From Candidatus Woesebacteria bacterium GW2011_GWB1_39_12 (GTDB taxonomy: Bacteria > Patescibacteriota > Microgenomatia > UBA8517), in contig LBWB01000005.1 in the NCBI GenBank assembly GCA_000993405.1, positions 3,698-67,697 of the forward strand: 64,000 nt of DNA. The letters run 5' to 3'. This document shows, one piece after another, positions 25,395 to 34,428 of this stretch (within the stretch, counting starts at the first letter, position 1; every line of letters starts with the position of its first letter). The notes beneath the pieces were generated by a model, which was given only the letters and a program-made list of their open reading frames with translations, had not been told where the DNA came from and made no database searches. The translations under genes and the position numbers were made by a program.

Positions 25395-26501
25395 ATGCCT
25401 GCCTTTATTAAAAGATTTCTTTTGGTTTTGTTGTTTGCACTTTCATTTTCTACCGGTCTTTTTGCGAGTTATTTTTACTTAAACTTTTCCAAAGTTTTTA
25501 TTAAAACTCCCAAAGATGTTTCGCTTGAAGATAACGCTTCTAGCAATTTACCTGACGGAACATACAACATTCTTTTATTAGGCTACGGAGGAGCAGGACA
25601 CGACGGCGGGAATTTGTCCGATGTAATCATTGTCGTAAACATTAATCCCGAAAGAAAAAAGTTGACCTTGATATCAATTCCTAGGGATCTGTGGGTCGAA
25701 ATACCGGTACGGTCCGATATAAAGGAAAAATATAAAATTAATGCGGCCTATGCAATTGGAAGTGACGATAAAAAGTACCCCCTTAAAGAACCACAATATA
25801 AAGGCGAAACTGGCGCCGGTGTAATGGCCAAAAAGGTAGTTACAGAATCGATTGGTTTGCCAATTCACTATTTTCTAGCAGTGGATTTTGAAAGTTTTAA
25901 AAAGATAGTTGATACTTTGGGAGAGATAGAGGTTGATGTTCCTGTAACATTTGATGATTACTTTTACCCGATAAAAGGGCGGGAAAACGATACCTGCGGA
26001 AAGTCGGCAGCAGAAATTGCCAGACTTCATGGGCTTTATTCAGACACAGAACTTCATCACCAGTTTGAGTGTCGTTATGAACATATCCATTTTGATTCAG
26101 GCAAAGTAAAAATGGATGGCGAGACCTCTTTAAAATTCGTCCGCTCCCGGGCGTCGGCCCAGCATGGAGGAGACTTTGCCAGAAGTCAACGCCAGCAGGC
26201 AGTTTTGGTGGCTATGAAAAGTAAACTTATTTCAATTTATGCGGCCAGAAAGATTGATGAGCTGTTTAATGAGTTTGGAAATCTGGTTAGGACTGATTTG
26301 GACACTTCAGCAGTAAAAGATTTGTCAAAAATTTTGGGAAAGCCTGAAGATTATAAAATTTCTTTTATAGGGCTTAACGAAGACAATGTTCTGCTTGCTT
26401 CAAAAAGTCTGGACGGCCAGTTTATATTAATACCCAAGGAGGGCGAGGGAGTATTGACAGGAGTGCACAAATTTATATTCGATGAATTGAATAAAAACTA
26501 A
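25395..26501 (+). CDS. LytR-CpsA-Psr (LCP) family cell-envelope glycopolymer transferase
   Basis: ORF 25371..26501 begins at TTG. ATG at 25395 (MPAFIKRFLLVLLFALSF, TM anchor). NILLLGYGGAGHDGGNLSDVIIVVNINPERKKLTLISIPRDLWVEIP matches the LCP signature. Confidence 0.75.
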   Translation: MPAFIKRFLLVLLFALSFSTGLFASYFYLNFSKVFIKTPKDVSLEDNASSNLPDGTYNILLLGYGGAGHDGGNLSDVIIVVNINPERKKLTLISIPRDLWVEIPVRSDIKEKYKINAAYAIGSDDKKYPLKEPQYKGETGAGVMAKKVVTESIGLPIHYFLAVDFESFKKIVDTLGEIEVDVPVTFDDYFYPIKGRENDTCGKSAAEIARLHGLYSDTELHHQFECRYEHIHFDSGKVKMDGETSLKFVRSRASAQHGGDFARSQRQQAVLVAMKSKLISIYAARKIDELFNEFGNLVRTDLDTSAVKDLSKILGKPEDYKISFIGLNEDNVLLASKSLDGQFILIPKEGEGVLTGVHKFIFDELNKN

Positions 26502-26514
26502 AGAGACACTTCAC

Positions 26515-26637
26515 TTAGCGTAATTTTTTCAAAAGAAAAACACCGAGTAAAACCAGGTCGACAAAAACTACAACCCATGTAAGAAATCCAAGAAAACCAT
26601 ATCCATTCATCATTCCTGAATATCCCCATCCCATCAT
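26515..26637 (-). CDS. Candidate small hydrophobic peptide (~40 aa), not in the ORF track
   Basis: Strong SD GGAGGTGA 7 nt upstream of ATG. Translation MMGWGYSGMMNGYGFLGFLTWVVVFVDLVLLGVFLLKKLR. Confidence 0.3.
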   Translation of the reverse strand: MMGWGYSGMMNGYGFLGFLTWVVVFVDLVLLGVFLLKKLR

Positions 26638-26709
26638 ATCTATCACCTCCAAAACTGGCCAGCGGCCTAAATTAAGTATAGCAGAAGATTAGGAAATTAT
26701 GTGTTACTT

Positions 26710-27135
26710 TTACATAGATGCCTGGAGCATGCCGACGCGGTTGCCTTCGGTGTCTTTAAGCATGATAAATTTCCCGATACCTGGGATATCCATCACCTTA
26801 CCAACTATTTTTCCACCCGACTTTTTGACAATTTCTATGTGTTTTTCGAGATTGTCTACCGAGATTACCAAATGTGGCGTGTTACCGTATGGGCCTTTTG
26901 GATAAAAGCCTCCGTTTATTGCACCTTTCTTTTTGTGCATTTGGTTTTTGTCCACCGGAGAAGTAGTTGCCAAAACATAACTTCCCATTTTGGGGAGGTA
27001 CTGCATATCCCACCCAAAAACGTTCGAATAAAATTTACTTAACCGTTTGGGATTAGAGTATGGCATCTCGAAGTGGACAACAGGATTCATTTTCGACGTA
27101 AAAGTTATTCTAAATAAATCGATAAGTTTTATCAA
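26710..27135 (-). CDS. VOC-family (glyoxalase/bleomycin-resistance fold) protein
   Basis: 141 aa. MNPVVHFEMPYSNPKRLSKFYSNVFGW...HLVISVDNLEKHIEIVKKSGGKIVGKVMDIPGIGKFIMLKDTEGNRVGM. The start may be the internal M at 27090. Confidence 0.65.
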   Translation of the reverse strand: MIKLIDLFRITFTSKMNPVVHFEMPYSNPKRLSKFYSNVFGWDMQYLPKMGSYVLATTSPVDKNQMHKKKGAINGGFYPKGPYGNTPHLVISVDNLEKHIEIVKKSGGKIVGKVMDIPGIGKFIMLKDTEGNRVGMLQASM

Positions 27136-27143
27136 GAAGTAAT

Positions 27144-27689
27144 TTAAAGTTTAGTAACATCAGAAAGCTCAACTCTGACCAGTTTTGTCATCTTTTCTGT
27201 TCTCACATATCCAAGAGCATCAACATCTGGGTCATAAAGCTCAACCATATCCTCAACAGGTCGTTCAAAAATTCTTACACCTTTTATTTTTTTGCCAGTA
27301 AACAGAGATTCTTTGAGTTTTTTATAGTCTTCAGGTTCTAAATAAAAGTCTACATCTCCGACTTGATGGCGATAAGGATCTGGCCTTCTTATATAGAGGT
27401 AAGTATAGATGGTTTCCGGCACATCGCCTTTAGCTGGAATAACAATTGGTTTAAGTAGGCGGAAATACTTTTGATTCCAGTTATCAGATGCTTCTGTCAT
27501 TTCCTTGCGCAGTTTGGTGAGAAAATTGAATTCATCGTCATAATGACAAAATATACCAATATTTCCGGCGTTTTGAAGATAATGTCCAAACGTTTGTTTG
27601 CAAAGTTTATAACATTCGAAATGAACATGCTTGATAGCTTCAAACAACTTTTCTTTGCTTTTTATTGGACTGAATCGGTACAGTTTCAT
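27144..27689 (-). CDS. Hypothetical protein
   Basis: 181 aa, no recognisable motif. Confidence 0.5.
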   Translation of the reverse strand: MKLYRFSPIKSKEKLFEAIKHVHFECYKLCKQTFGHYLQNAGNIGIFCHYDDEFNFLTKLRKEMTEASDNWNQKYFRLLKPIVIPAKGDVPETIYTYLYIRRPDPYRHQVGDVDFYLEPEDYKKLKESLFTGKKIKGVRIFERPVEDMVELYDPDVDALGYVRTEKMTKLVRVELSDVTKL

Positions 27690-27754
27690 ACTTGAAGTAT
27701 ATCAGTTTCGGGAGAATGTTGAGGCGAATTTACCGAAGCACTCGCTTAATAAAG

Positions 27755-28159
27755 CTAGGTCTTGGAGTCTATTTGTCCAAAGTCAAGCGCTATGCAAGGT
27801 TCGTCACCAATTACCCAAGCGTCATGTCCTGATTGAACCTCAAAAGCCTCTCCCGGACCAACAGAGACTTCTTGGCCGTCGGCAGTCCGGGTGCACATTC
27901 GACCTGATATAACATAACCAATATGCGCTTCGGAACTCTTACCGGTCTCCTTCCCTACAAGTTCGGACCATCTCCAACCAGGTAAATATTTCCCTCGACC
28001 AATAAAAACCGAGTCCAGAATTACCACTGTCCGTTCGCTTCCATCCAGAAAAGTCCACGATTTTTCACCGTTATCCAAATTCTTTACAACAATTCCTGTC
28101 ATATTTTGGATTATAACAGGTTGGGGGGAAATTTGAGGCAAAGTTGACGAAGCGCTCAC
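27755..28159 (-). CDS. Cupin-domain protein
   Basis: 134 aa. HIGYVISGRMCTRTADGQEVSVGPGEAFEVQSGHDAWVIGDEPCIALDF fits a cupin beta-barrel. Confidence 0.55.
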   Translation of the reverse strand: MSASSTLPQISPQPVIIQNMTGIVVKNLDNGEKSWTFLDGSERTVVILDSVFIGRGKYLPGWRWSELVGKETGKSSEAHIGYVISGRMCTRTADGQEVSVGPGEAFEVQSGHDAWVIGDEPCIALDFGQIDSKT

Positions 28160-28824
28160 TTGGTCTTGAAAATTTCCTTTTTAAGACTCCTCGCCAGTTT
28201 TAAATAAAAGTTCTCCATATCTTTTCTTTCTAAAGGAACCAGAAGTTTAGGGATATCTTTATAGATAACTGCCTCGGTGAACGATTGTCCGAGTTGTATA
28301 GGATCAATTGGCCAGTCGAATTTTGCTCGAGCTAGGTCAATCAGTTTTCGCAAGGAATAATTTTCTTTCTTCATAATAAAATAGATATCTACGAAATCTC
28401 TTTCTCTTGGTTTAGTTGAAATGGTGTGGATTTTGTTTGCGGCGATGTCTTCTAAGCTATCAACCGCTAAGCCGTGCCATTTTTTACCTTTGTTAATCCT
28501 GGGAAATGGGTAGTAATTAAAATCGACTTTTAATTCATTTGTTAACAATTTCAGCGTATAGGAGTGCAGACCTAGATATCTTCGATGAGTTATTTTTTTG
28601 GCTTTTAGTTTTTTTCCGGCAATCCCGACAAATTTATTAATGCTTGGTAAATGAATCTCTTTTTCGCTGAATAAATCGATGTCTTGTGATTCGCGATGCT
28701 TGAGATAAATTTCTGAAAGAACAGTACCACCTGTCCAGTAGAAGTTTTTTAAAAGATATGGCTCTTTTAGGACAAGTGCCAAAAAGTTTTTTTGATGTTT
28801 TTTGAGGACGGTTTTTTCCTCCAT
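28156..28824 (-). CDS. Nucleotidyltransferase AbiEii/AbiGii-family toxin (type IV TA / abortive infection)
   Basis: 222 aa. FYWTGGTVLSEIYLKHRESQDIDLFSEKEI matches the family's GGTAL...R.SEDIDL signature. Confidence 0.65.
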   Translation of the reverse strand: MEEKTVLKKHQKNFLALVLKEPYLLKNFYWTGGTVLSEIYLKHRESQDIDLFSEKEIHLPSINKFVGIAGKKLKAKKITHRRYLGLHSYTLKLLTNELKVDFNYYPFPRINKGKKWHGLAVDSLEDIAANKIHTISTKPRERDFVDIYFIMKKENYSLRKLIDLARAKFDWPIDPIQLGQSFTEAVIYKDIPKLLVPLERKDMENFYLKLARSLKKEIFKTK

Positions 28825-29018
28825 AACAGATACTCTAGGTATATTTTTGTATTTGGATCAATCCTCTCTTTTATTTTCGGCCAGGCGTGTTTTACTTCGC
28901 TCTCATCGAGTTTTTCTCCGTCTAAGCCGTAATTGATAAGCTGAGTTAACCTCCACAGACGGTATTCTTCGGGATTTTCATTTTTGAACTTTTTTTCGTC
29001 GATCGACCAGTTAATCAT
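28767..29018 (-). CDS. Small protein overlapping the AbiEii start; possible cognate antitoxin-like partner
   Basis: 83 aa. 58-nt overlap with the toxin gene, an operon arrangement. No HTH recognisable. Confidence 0.4.
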   Translation of the reverse strand: MINWSIDEKKFKNENPEEYRLWRLTQLINYGLDGEKLDESEVKHAWPKIKERIDPNTKIYLEYLLWRKKPSSKNIKKTFWHLS

Positions 29019-29085
29019 GTTGTAATTATATCATTTTCGGAGGATAAAATTGGAAGAAGCATTTCGTACTTAGAAATCTTTTCTG

Positions 29086-29114
29086 CCTTGCTCATTCCTG
29101 CATAGCGCGGGGGG
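29086..29114. repeat. Copy 1 of a ~30-nt direct repeat ccttgctcattSctgcatagcgcgggg; copy 2 lies at 30477-30503
   Basis: About 30 of 32 positions identical between the two copies, with extended similarity about 15 nt further 5'. Each copy lies just 3' of a minus-strand gene stop and upstream of the next minus-strand gene. Confidence 0.75.
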
Positions 29115-29128
29115 TGGTCATATTAGGA

Positions 29129-29488
29129 CTATTCGTATGACTGTTTTATCCAATCAATCAACCCTTTGTCAATATCTTTGGACTCCTTTATGTCTACAAA
29201 ATAAGCCCACCTTTGTTTTTGAAAATGCTTAACTTTATTAATTCGAGGGCTTTTAAATTGTTTTCTTGCAACAAATTCGACAATAATCTTTGATGTTTGA
29301 ATCCGCAATGCTGCAAAGACAAGGGTGTGTATCAAGCCAATGTAGGCTTTGCCGATTTTGTATTCAAAGTCGATCTCTTTGACCAATTTGGTAGTCAGGT
29401 CGTCAAATAAAGGCTTCATATTCACTCTCTCACCACGAAAGTGATAATCAAGCGGATAGGAAGATTGTTTGTTAATCTTAACAGTCAT
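29129..29488 (-). CDS. Hypothetical protein
   Basis: 119 aa, no recognisable motif. Confidence 0.5.
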   Translation of the reverse strand: MTVKINKQSSYPLDYHFRGERVNMKPLFDDLTTKLVKEIDFEYKIGKAYIGLIHTLVFAALRIQTSKIIVEFVARKQFKSPRINKVKHFQKQRWAYFVDIKESKDIDKGLIDWIKQSYE

Positions 29489-29609
29489 AATTGAAGTATA
29501 GCAAAGCCCTCACTTAATCGAGTCAAAGCATCTGGGTTATTTGGATGAGGTTGCCGAAGGCGCCGTCGGTTACCCGAAAGTAATTTAACATTTCCCTAGG
29601 CAGGTATAC

Positions 29610-30338
29610 TCAGAACTGATGTTTTTCAAGATAGCTTACACAGTCACCTTGATTTTTGAAAGCTGGATTATTGAACGTTTTCCAACTACTGTTTTTACAC
29701 TGAACTCTACCAATTGGTGGACCAACTATTGAGTCCGATGTAAGAGTAAAATCATCAAAACTCCCACCACCATTACCACTGTTAAGTCCAGATAGACCTA
29801 TTCGGTTTGAAGTAGTCGCTATGTGAGTTAAGATATATACATCGTTCAAATATATTGCTAATTCTCCAGAAAGACTGTTTGTCTCAACTCTCATTGTATA
29901 CCATATCGTCCGGGTAGAAATTGAAGTAAGTGGGTAATCATAGTAATCATAACGCTGTGCTGTTCCTTCGGACTCAATAACTCTAAGGATATTTGCATCG
30001 GGATAAATTAGAACATCTATCCAATTATTTTCATCGATATACCATACAGTAATTCCAGCGTAACCGTTATCATGAAATAGTATTTTTGTCTCAACGGACT
30101 GGTCAGATAGGGAATAATTGCCCACCAGAAATTTATAATGGTCACGACCATTGTCTTCAATTAAAACACCATCAGTAACTCGCCAGTTTCCTAAACTGCA
30201 CCAAGTGCATGGCTTGGCTGAAATCCATCCGATAGTATCTTCATCATTAAAGTTATCAAAAAACTTGCCAGCGTAAGCAGGAGTAACGGCTAATCCGAAT
30301 AAGATTACTAATACAATCACTAGGCATATTTTTTTCAT
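29610..30338 (-). CDS. Secreted protein with a concanavalin/LamG-like jelly-roll fold
   Basis: 242 aa. Signal peptide MKKICLVIVLVILFGLAVTPAYA. FDNFNDEDTIGWISAK...GNWRVTDGVLIEDN resembles DUF1080/LamG-type lectin-fold domains. Confidence 0.4.
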   Translation of the reverse strand: MKKICLVIVLVILFGLAVTPAYAGKFFDNFNDEDTIGWISAKPCTWCSLGNWRVTDGVLIEDNGRDHYKFLVGNYSLSDQSVETKILFHDNGYAGITVWYIDENNWIDVLIYPDANILRVIESEGTAQRYDYYDYPLTSISTRTIWYTMRVETNSLSGELAIYLNDVYILTHIATTSNRIGLSGLNSGNGGGSFDDFTLTSDSIVGPPIGRVQCKNSSWKTFNNPAFKNQGDCVSYLEKHQF

Positions 30339-30476
30339 ATCTAAAGTATACCAGTTTAGGTATGTACAAGCTTAAGAAACCAAAGTCTTCTTGAATGAGG
30401 CTAAAATGCTACAATTTCTCATCTCTTTTTCACCGCCTTACTCTGGTAAAAGTTTTCTATAGAAGAAGACCTTTTT

Positions 30477-30503
30477 CCTTGCTCATTGCTGCATAGCGCG
30501 GGG
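30477..30503. repeat. Copy 2 of the direct repeat ccttgctcattgctgcatagcgcggg
   Basis: See the copy at 29086-29114. Confidence 0.75.
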
Positions 30504-30541
30504 AGTAGTTTTCGGCGGGAGATACAGTTCTTTTTGACAAT

Positions 30542-31705
30542 TCAGACGAATGCTGGTTCAGGAGGAATCGTGGTAACAGTTGCGGGTACAGGACTGTCAA
30601 CTTCAGACCTGTACGCTTTTTTACTAATATTTTCAGAGGCTGATCTTTTTACCAGTTCTTTGACTATTATTCTAATTAACTTTTTAGCCTCAATTTCATT
30701 CACTTTTGACGAAGTGTTCCAATCAAGCCCCGGTCCTGTATTACCTTCCAGAAAATAGATGTTTTTATTATTGCTGATTATAAAATCTAAAGAATATAAA
30801 GAGCTGTCATTCCCCAAAACTTTTGTAATCTCTTTTGAAAGGTTTGTTATTCCTTGCGGAATTTCTCTTTTTGAAACATAAATTAGACAACCGCCTCTAT
30901 GTTCATTGCATCGAAAGCCCCCCCGTTTAGCAATTCTTATATAAGTTTGTATGATTTTCCCTCCCAAAAAAATAAGACGTATGTCTGTCGGAGAAAAAGA
31001 ATCGTGGTATCTGAACCCTTTATCAAATTTGATAAAAGGCTGAAGTATAAAAGTTTTGGAACTTTTTTTCACAATTCTTACAATACTCTTCAAATTATTT
31101 TTTTTGAATTTAAAAACACTCCTTCCGCCTGCGCCAAATCTGTCTTTCATTATAATTTCGTCGGAAAAGTCCTCGCGGTGGGGATGGTTGCTTTTTATCT
31201 GTTCGAGAGTTTTACAAGCGCTTTTGACACTTTTAAGAGTATTTTTTTTAATACTCACCGTTGGAATGGAGAATTGATGGAGTTTTTTATAAGTTTCGTA
31301 TTTGTCAAAAAAAAGATCGAAAAGATATGGAGAATTAAAGGGTTTAACTTTTTCGGAAGAAAACAAAAGATCTCGACTGTCTTTAATTCTCTTGTTCACA
31401 GGTGAAAATTTATCGAAAATTAATTTTGAGTAACCCGCCTTTTTTACCTTAATCCACTTACTTTTGTCAAAAAGCCAGTAACTTTTGCATTTGCCGGCAC
31501 CGATTACGCCGGCGGAAGTAGTAAAAGCTGCTTTTAAGCCATTCTTTTGGCAGATTTCTAAAAAAAATCCGTATACAATATTGTAACTTTCGCTATTCGA
31601 ACCCTTAGCAAAAGGAAGCACTACACCGTTTTTTAAAGTAGAGGCGCTGGTGGCAAGTTTTTCTGTGTATACAATTAGAATATCAAACAGTTCACTTTCC
31701 ATCAA
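30542..31705 (-). CDS. ATP-grasp domain protein
   Basis: 387 aa. IMKDRFGAGGRSVFKFK...FILQPFI...DIRLIFLGGKIIQTYIRIAKRGGFRCNEHRGG fits an ATP-grasp ligase fold (RimK/YheC-D-like). Confidence 0.5.
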   Translation of the reverse strand: MMESELFDILIVYTEKLATSASTLKNGVVLPFAKGSNSESYNIVYGFFLEICQKNGLKAAFTTSAGVIGAGKCKSYWLFDKSKWIKVKKAGYSKLIFDKFSPVNKRIKDSRDLLFSSEKVKPFNSPYLFDLFFDKYETYKKLHQFSIPTVSIKKNTLKSVKSACKTLEQIKSNHPHREDFSDEIIMKDRFGAGGRSVFKFKKNNLKSIVRIVKKSSKTFILQPFIKFDKGFRYHDSFSPTDIRLIFLGGKIIQTYIRIAKRGGFRCNEHRGGCLIYVSKREIPQGITNLSKEITKVLGNDSSLYSLDFIISNNKNIYFLEGNTGPGLDWNTSSKVNEIEAKKLIRIIVKELVKRSASENISKKAYRSEVDSPVPATVTTIPPEPAFV

Positions 31706-32892
31706 ACGAATGTTAACGCGTTTCCTTTTTTATTGGCTCTTCCTGTTCTTCCGATACGGTGAATGTAGTCCTCATAGGTTTCGGGAAGATCGTAGTTAAT
31801 AACGTGAGTGACATCTTTGATATCAAGTCCGCGTGATGCAATGTCTGTAGCAAGGAGTACTTGTACCTTATTGTTTTTGAAAAGCTCCAGCGCCTTCCGT
31901 CTTTGGCCTTGGGATTTATTGCCATGGATAGTTGCAACTGTTACTCTTCGCTCAACTAAAGCGCTTGCAACCCTGTCTATTCCTCGTTTTGTTCTGCCAA
32001 ATACCAGGACTTTTTCAAATTCCCTATTAGTCAAGAGTTCGTCAAGCACGTCAATTTTATCCCGACCGTTTAACTTCACAATATCCTGGTTTACGCTTGC
32101 GGGAGTGGGTTGGGATTTAAGAGAAATAACCAAAGGATCACGGGCAAAATCGCTCATAATTTTTTGTACCTTTTCCGGTAATGTGGCGGAGAAAAAGAGA
32201 GAATGCCGCTCTCGAGAAAGTTTTGAGACAATATATCTAACGTCCACGATGAAGCCCATATCAAGCATCCGGTCTACTTCATCTAGGACAATACTTCTGA
32301 ACGAGTTGAAATCCAGCTGTCTTCGGCTTTCTAAGTCCTTTAATCTTCCGGGGGTTCCCACTACAAAATGAGGACTTCTTCTTAGTTTGTGAATTTGACT
32401 ACCGATACCGACTCCGCCGATACAAATAACTGACTCTATATGAGTTCCTCTTGCCAGATCTGTTAATTCCTGTTCGACTTGGATAGCCAATTCTCGTGTT
32501 GGAGTGACAATAAGAACCTTTTCGCGATCATTTTTTAATATCTTGTCGATGAGCGGGATTAAGAATGTTGCTGTTTTGCCGGTACCCGTATTTGCAATAC
32601 CTACAACATCCTTTCCGTCAAGGATAGGGAGGATGGCCGCGTCTTGTATGGGGGTAAGAACTTTATAGCCTTTGAGAGAGATATTTTGTTTCAGAATGGA
32701 GTGAATTTGAAAATCCGAAAAAGAATGGGTTGGAGTAAATTCTTCAATGGAAAATTCTGCGGCATCGTGAATGAACATGGCCGGGTTGTAAGAAGGAGTA
32801 CTTCTTCCTCCACGAGGGAAATGTCCATTTCCACGATTGCCAAATGAATTACCCCGTCTATTAAAAAGTCTGCGATGATTTTGTCTAAACAT
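31702..32892 (-). CDS. DEAD-box ATP-dependent RNA helicase
   Basis: 396 aa. Q-motif region, GIANTGTGKTATF (motif I), PTRELA, VLDEVDRMLDMGF (motif II), SAT, HGNKSQGQRRKALELF, HRIGRTGRANKKG (motif VI). Confidence 0.9.
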   Translation of the reverse strand: MFRQNHRRLFNRRGNSFGNRGNGHFPRGGRSTPSYNPAMFIHDAAEFSIEEFTPTHSFSDFQIHSILKQNISLKGYKVLTPIQDAAILPILDGKDVVGIANTGTGKTATFLIPLIDKILKNDREKVLIVTPTRELAIQVEQELTDLARGTHIESVICIGGVGIGSQIHKLRRSPHFVVGTPGRLKDLESRRQLDFNSFRSIVLDEVDRMLDMGFIVDVRYIVSKLSRERHSLFFSATLPEKVQKIMSDFARDPLVISLKSQPTPASVNQDIVKLNGRDKIDVLDELLTNREFEKVLVFGRTKRGIDRVASALVERRVTVATIHGNKSQGQRRKALELFKNNKVQVLLATDIASRGLDIKDVTHVINYDLPETYEDYIHRIGRTGRANKKGNALTFV

Positions 32893-33315
32893 GTGTGTTT
32901 AAAATCGATCAAAACAATAAAACTGCTCAACTAGTTACGTATTATTGAAGAAGATGAAAAGATACAGGAAGAAAAATAAAATAATTGGGGTACCTTTACC
33001 TATCTAAATTCAAAATATGTTAAAAATTAAGCAGATCTATTGCTTCGATCTGCTCTCACAAAGTGTACTATATCACAAATATCCTAAAAGTCCAGCAAAG
33101 ACCATTACTCGACAACAACTTGATCAGTTACGCCTTTTTCCCCAACTATGAATTTTCTCTTGATGGCCTTAGAAATAACAACTTTCCGGTGTTAACAAAA
33201 GACACGTTCAATATTGATTGATAGATTCTCAAATATAAGCATAAATCCCCTTGCGCCCTGACTCTGAGGTTCTTAGACTAAAACTTTAGCCCTGACATAA
33301 ACAACTTTGTCAACT

Positions 33316-33570
33316 TCATCTTTGTAAGGGCGGCTGGCCTCCGCCAGCTGGTGGATTTTGTTGTTGTCCTTGGGGAGGTTGCTGCCCTCCAGTTGGAGGA
33401 GGGGAACCCTGGGGTTGTCCACCCTGTTGCCCTGGTTGTTGAACTCCCCCTTGAGGGGTTCCTTGGTTTTTGGGAACAATATTTCTTCCAAGATAGAAAC
33501 CGACTACTCCAGCAACTAAAAGTCCAATCATCACCCAAGTTAAAATTAAAGCCTTGCCGGCCGTCGACAT
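33316..33570 (-). CDS. Small membrane protein with a Gln/Pro/Gly-rich low-complexity tail
   Basis: SD AGAGGTGA precedes the ATG at 33570 (MSTAGKALILTWVMIGLLVAGVVGF...QQPGQQGGQPQGSPPPTGGQQPPQGQQQ). Confidence 0.45.
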   Translation of the reverse strand: MSTAGKALILTWVMIGLLVAGVVGFYLGRNIVPKNQGTPQGGVQQPGQQGGQPQGSPPPTGGQQPPQGQQQNPPAGGGQPPLQR

Positions 33571-33730
33571 TTTTGTCACCTCTTTTAAAGCTAACAGGAA
33601 AAGAAAACAAAGTCAAAAAATATGTTAGATATTCCCCAGACTTTTTTGGCCCCCCCTGATTGACATGTTCCCTTCGGTTTAACTCAGGGTAAACAGGAAC
33701 AAGAAAATTTAGACCCTTAGCGAGCCACGG

Positions 33731-33982
33731 TCAACGATGAAGGCAACCGGCCCAACAACAAGGTCGGCGCTTCCCGTCTATAAGCTCCTCACGTACTCGT
33801 TCGACATGATTTCTTCTCGTCTCTAGTTTCTTGACGGAAGTGGTCCAGCAAATCCATTCATTACGTGCCAGCGGAGTAAGACCATTCCAAGCCGCCAATA
33901 CAGCTGGACTAGAAGTAAGTACCTTTCGCAAGTCAATCGGAACTTTATGTACTACACCAGTGGCGATTTCATTTTTAGCCAT
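33731..33982 (-). CDS. Hypothetical small protein (YdeI/OmdA-like?)
   Basis: 83 aa ending ...ERVREELIDGKRRPCCWAGCLHR. Family assignment uncertain. Confidence 0.4.
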   Translation of the reverse strand: MAKNEIATGVVHKVPIDLRKVLTSSPAVLAAWNGLTPLARNEWICWTTSVKKLETRRNHVERVREELIDGKRRPCCWAGCLHR

Positions 33983-34072
33983 GTTGCTTATTTTACCATT
34001 CTTTTTTCTTCTTTGGTTTTGGCTCCACCCGGCAGAAAATACGAGAACCTACTATGCTAGTATATAGAATAC

Positions 34073-34285
34073 ATGAAGCTAACCAATGACAGATACACAA
34101 TTTTCTTAGGCACTAAGAATTTCACTGAACGTTATTATAAAGATAAAAACGGGTGGCTGAAGGTATCCGCACGAGGTAAAGAATTTCGGATGACAGCAGA
34201 ACAAGTTCTAAATCATCTTTTACCAGCACTTTCTGGCATTAAATCAAACCTTAAAATCAAAGTAGAATATAATAAAGAGCCTTAG
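34073..34285 (+). CDS. Hypothetical small protein
   Basis: 70 aa, isolated ORF with no clear SD. Confidence 0.3.
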   Translation: MKLTNDRYTIFLGTKNFTERYYKDKNGWLKVSARGKEFRMTAEQVLNHLLPALSGIKSNLKIKVEYNKEP

Positions 34286-34428
34286 GTATAAATATATTCA
34301 GCTCGCCAAGTGGGACGACCTGTGGTGAGCAATGCCGTACCATTTCAGACAAGCAGAATGGTTTGAAATTGTCGACACTCCTGATCTTATTCAAACCCCG
34401 ATTCATTCGAAGGAGTGAACAAACTTGT

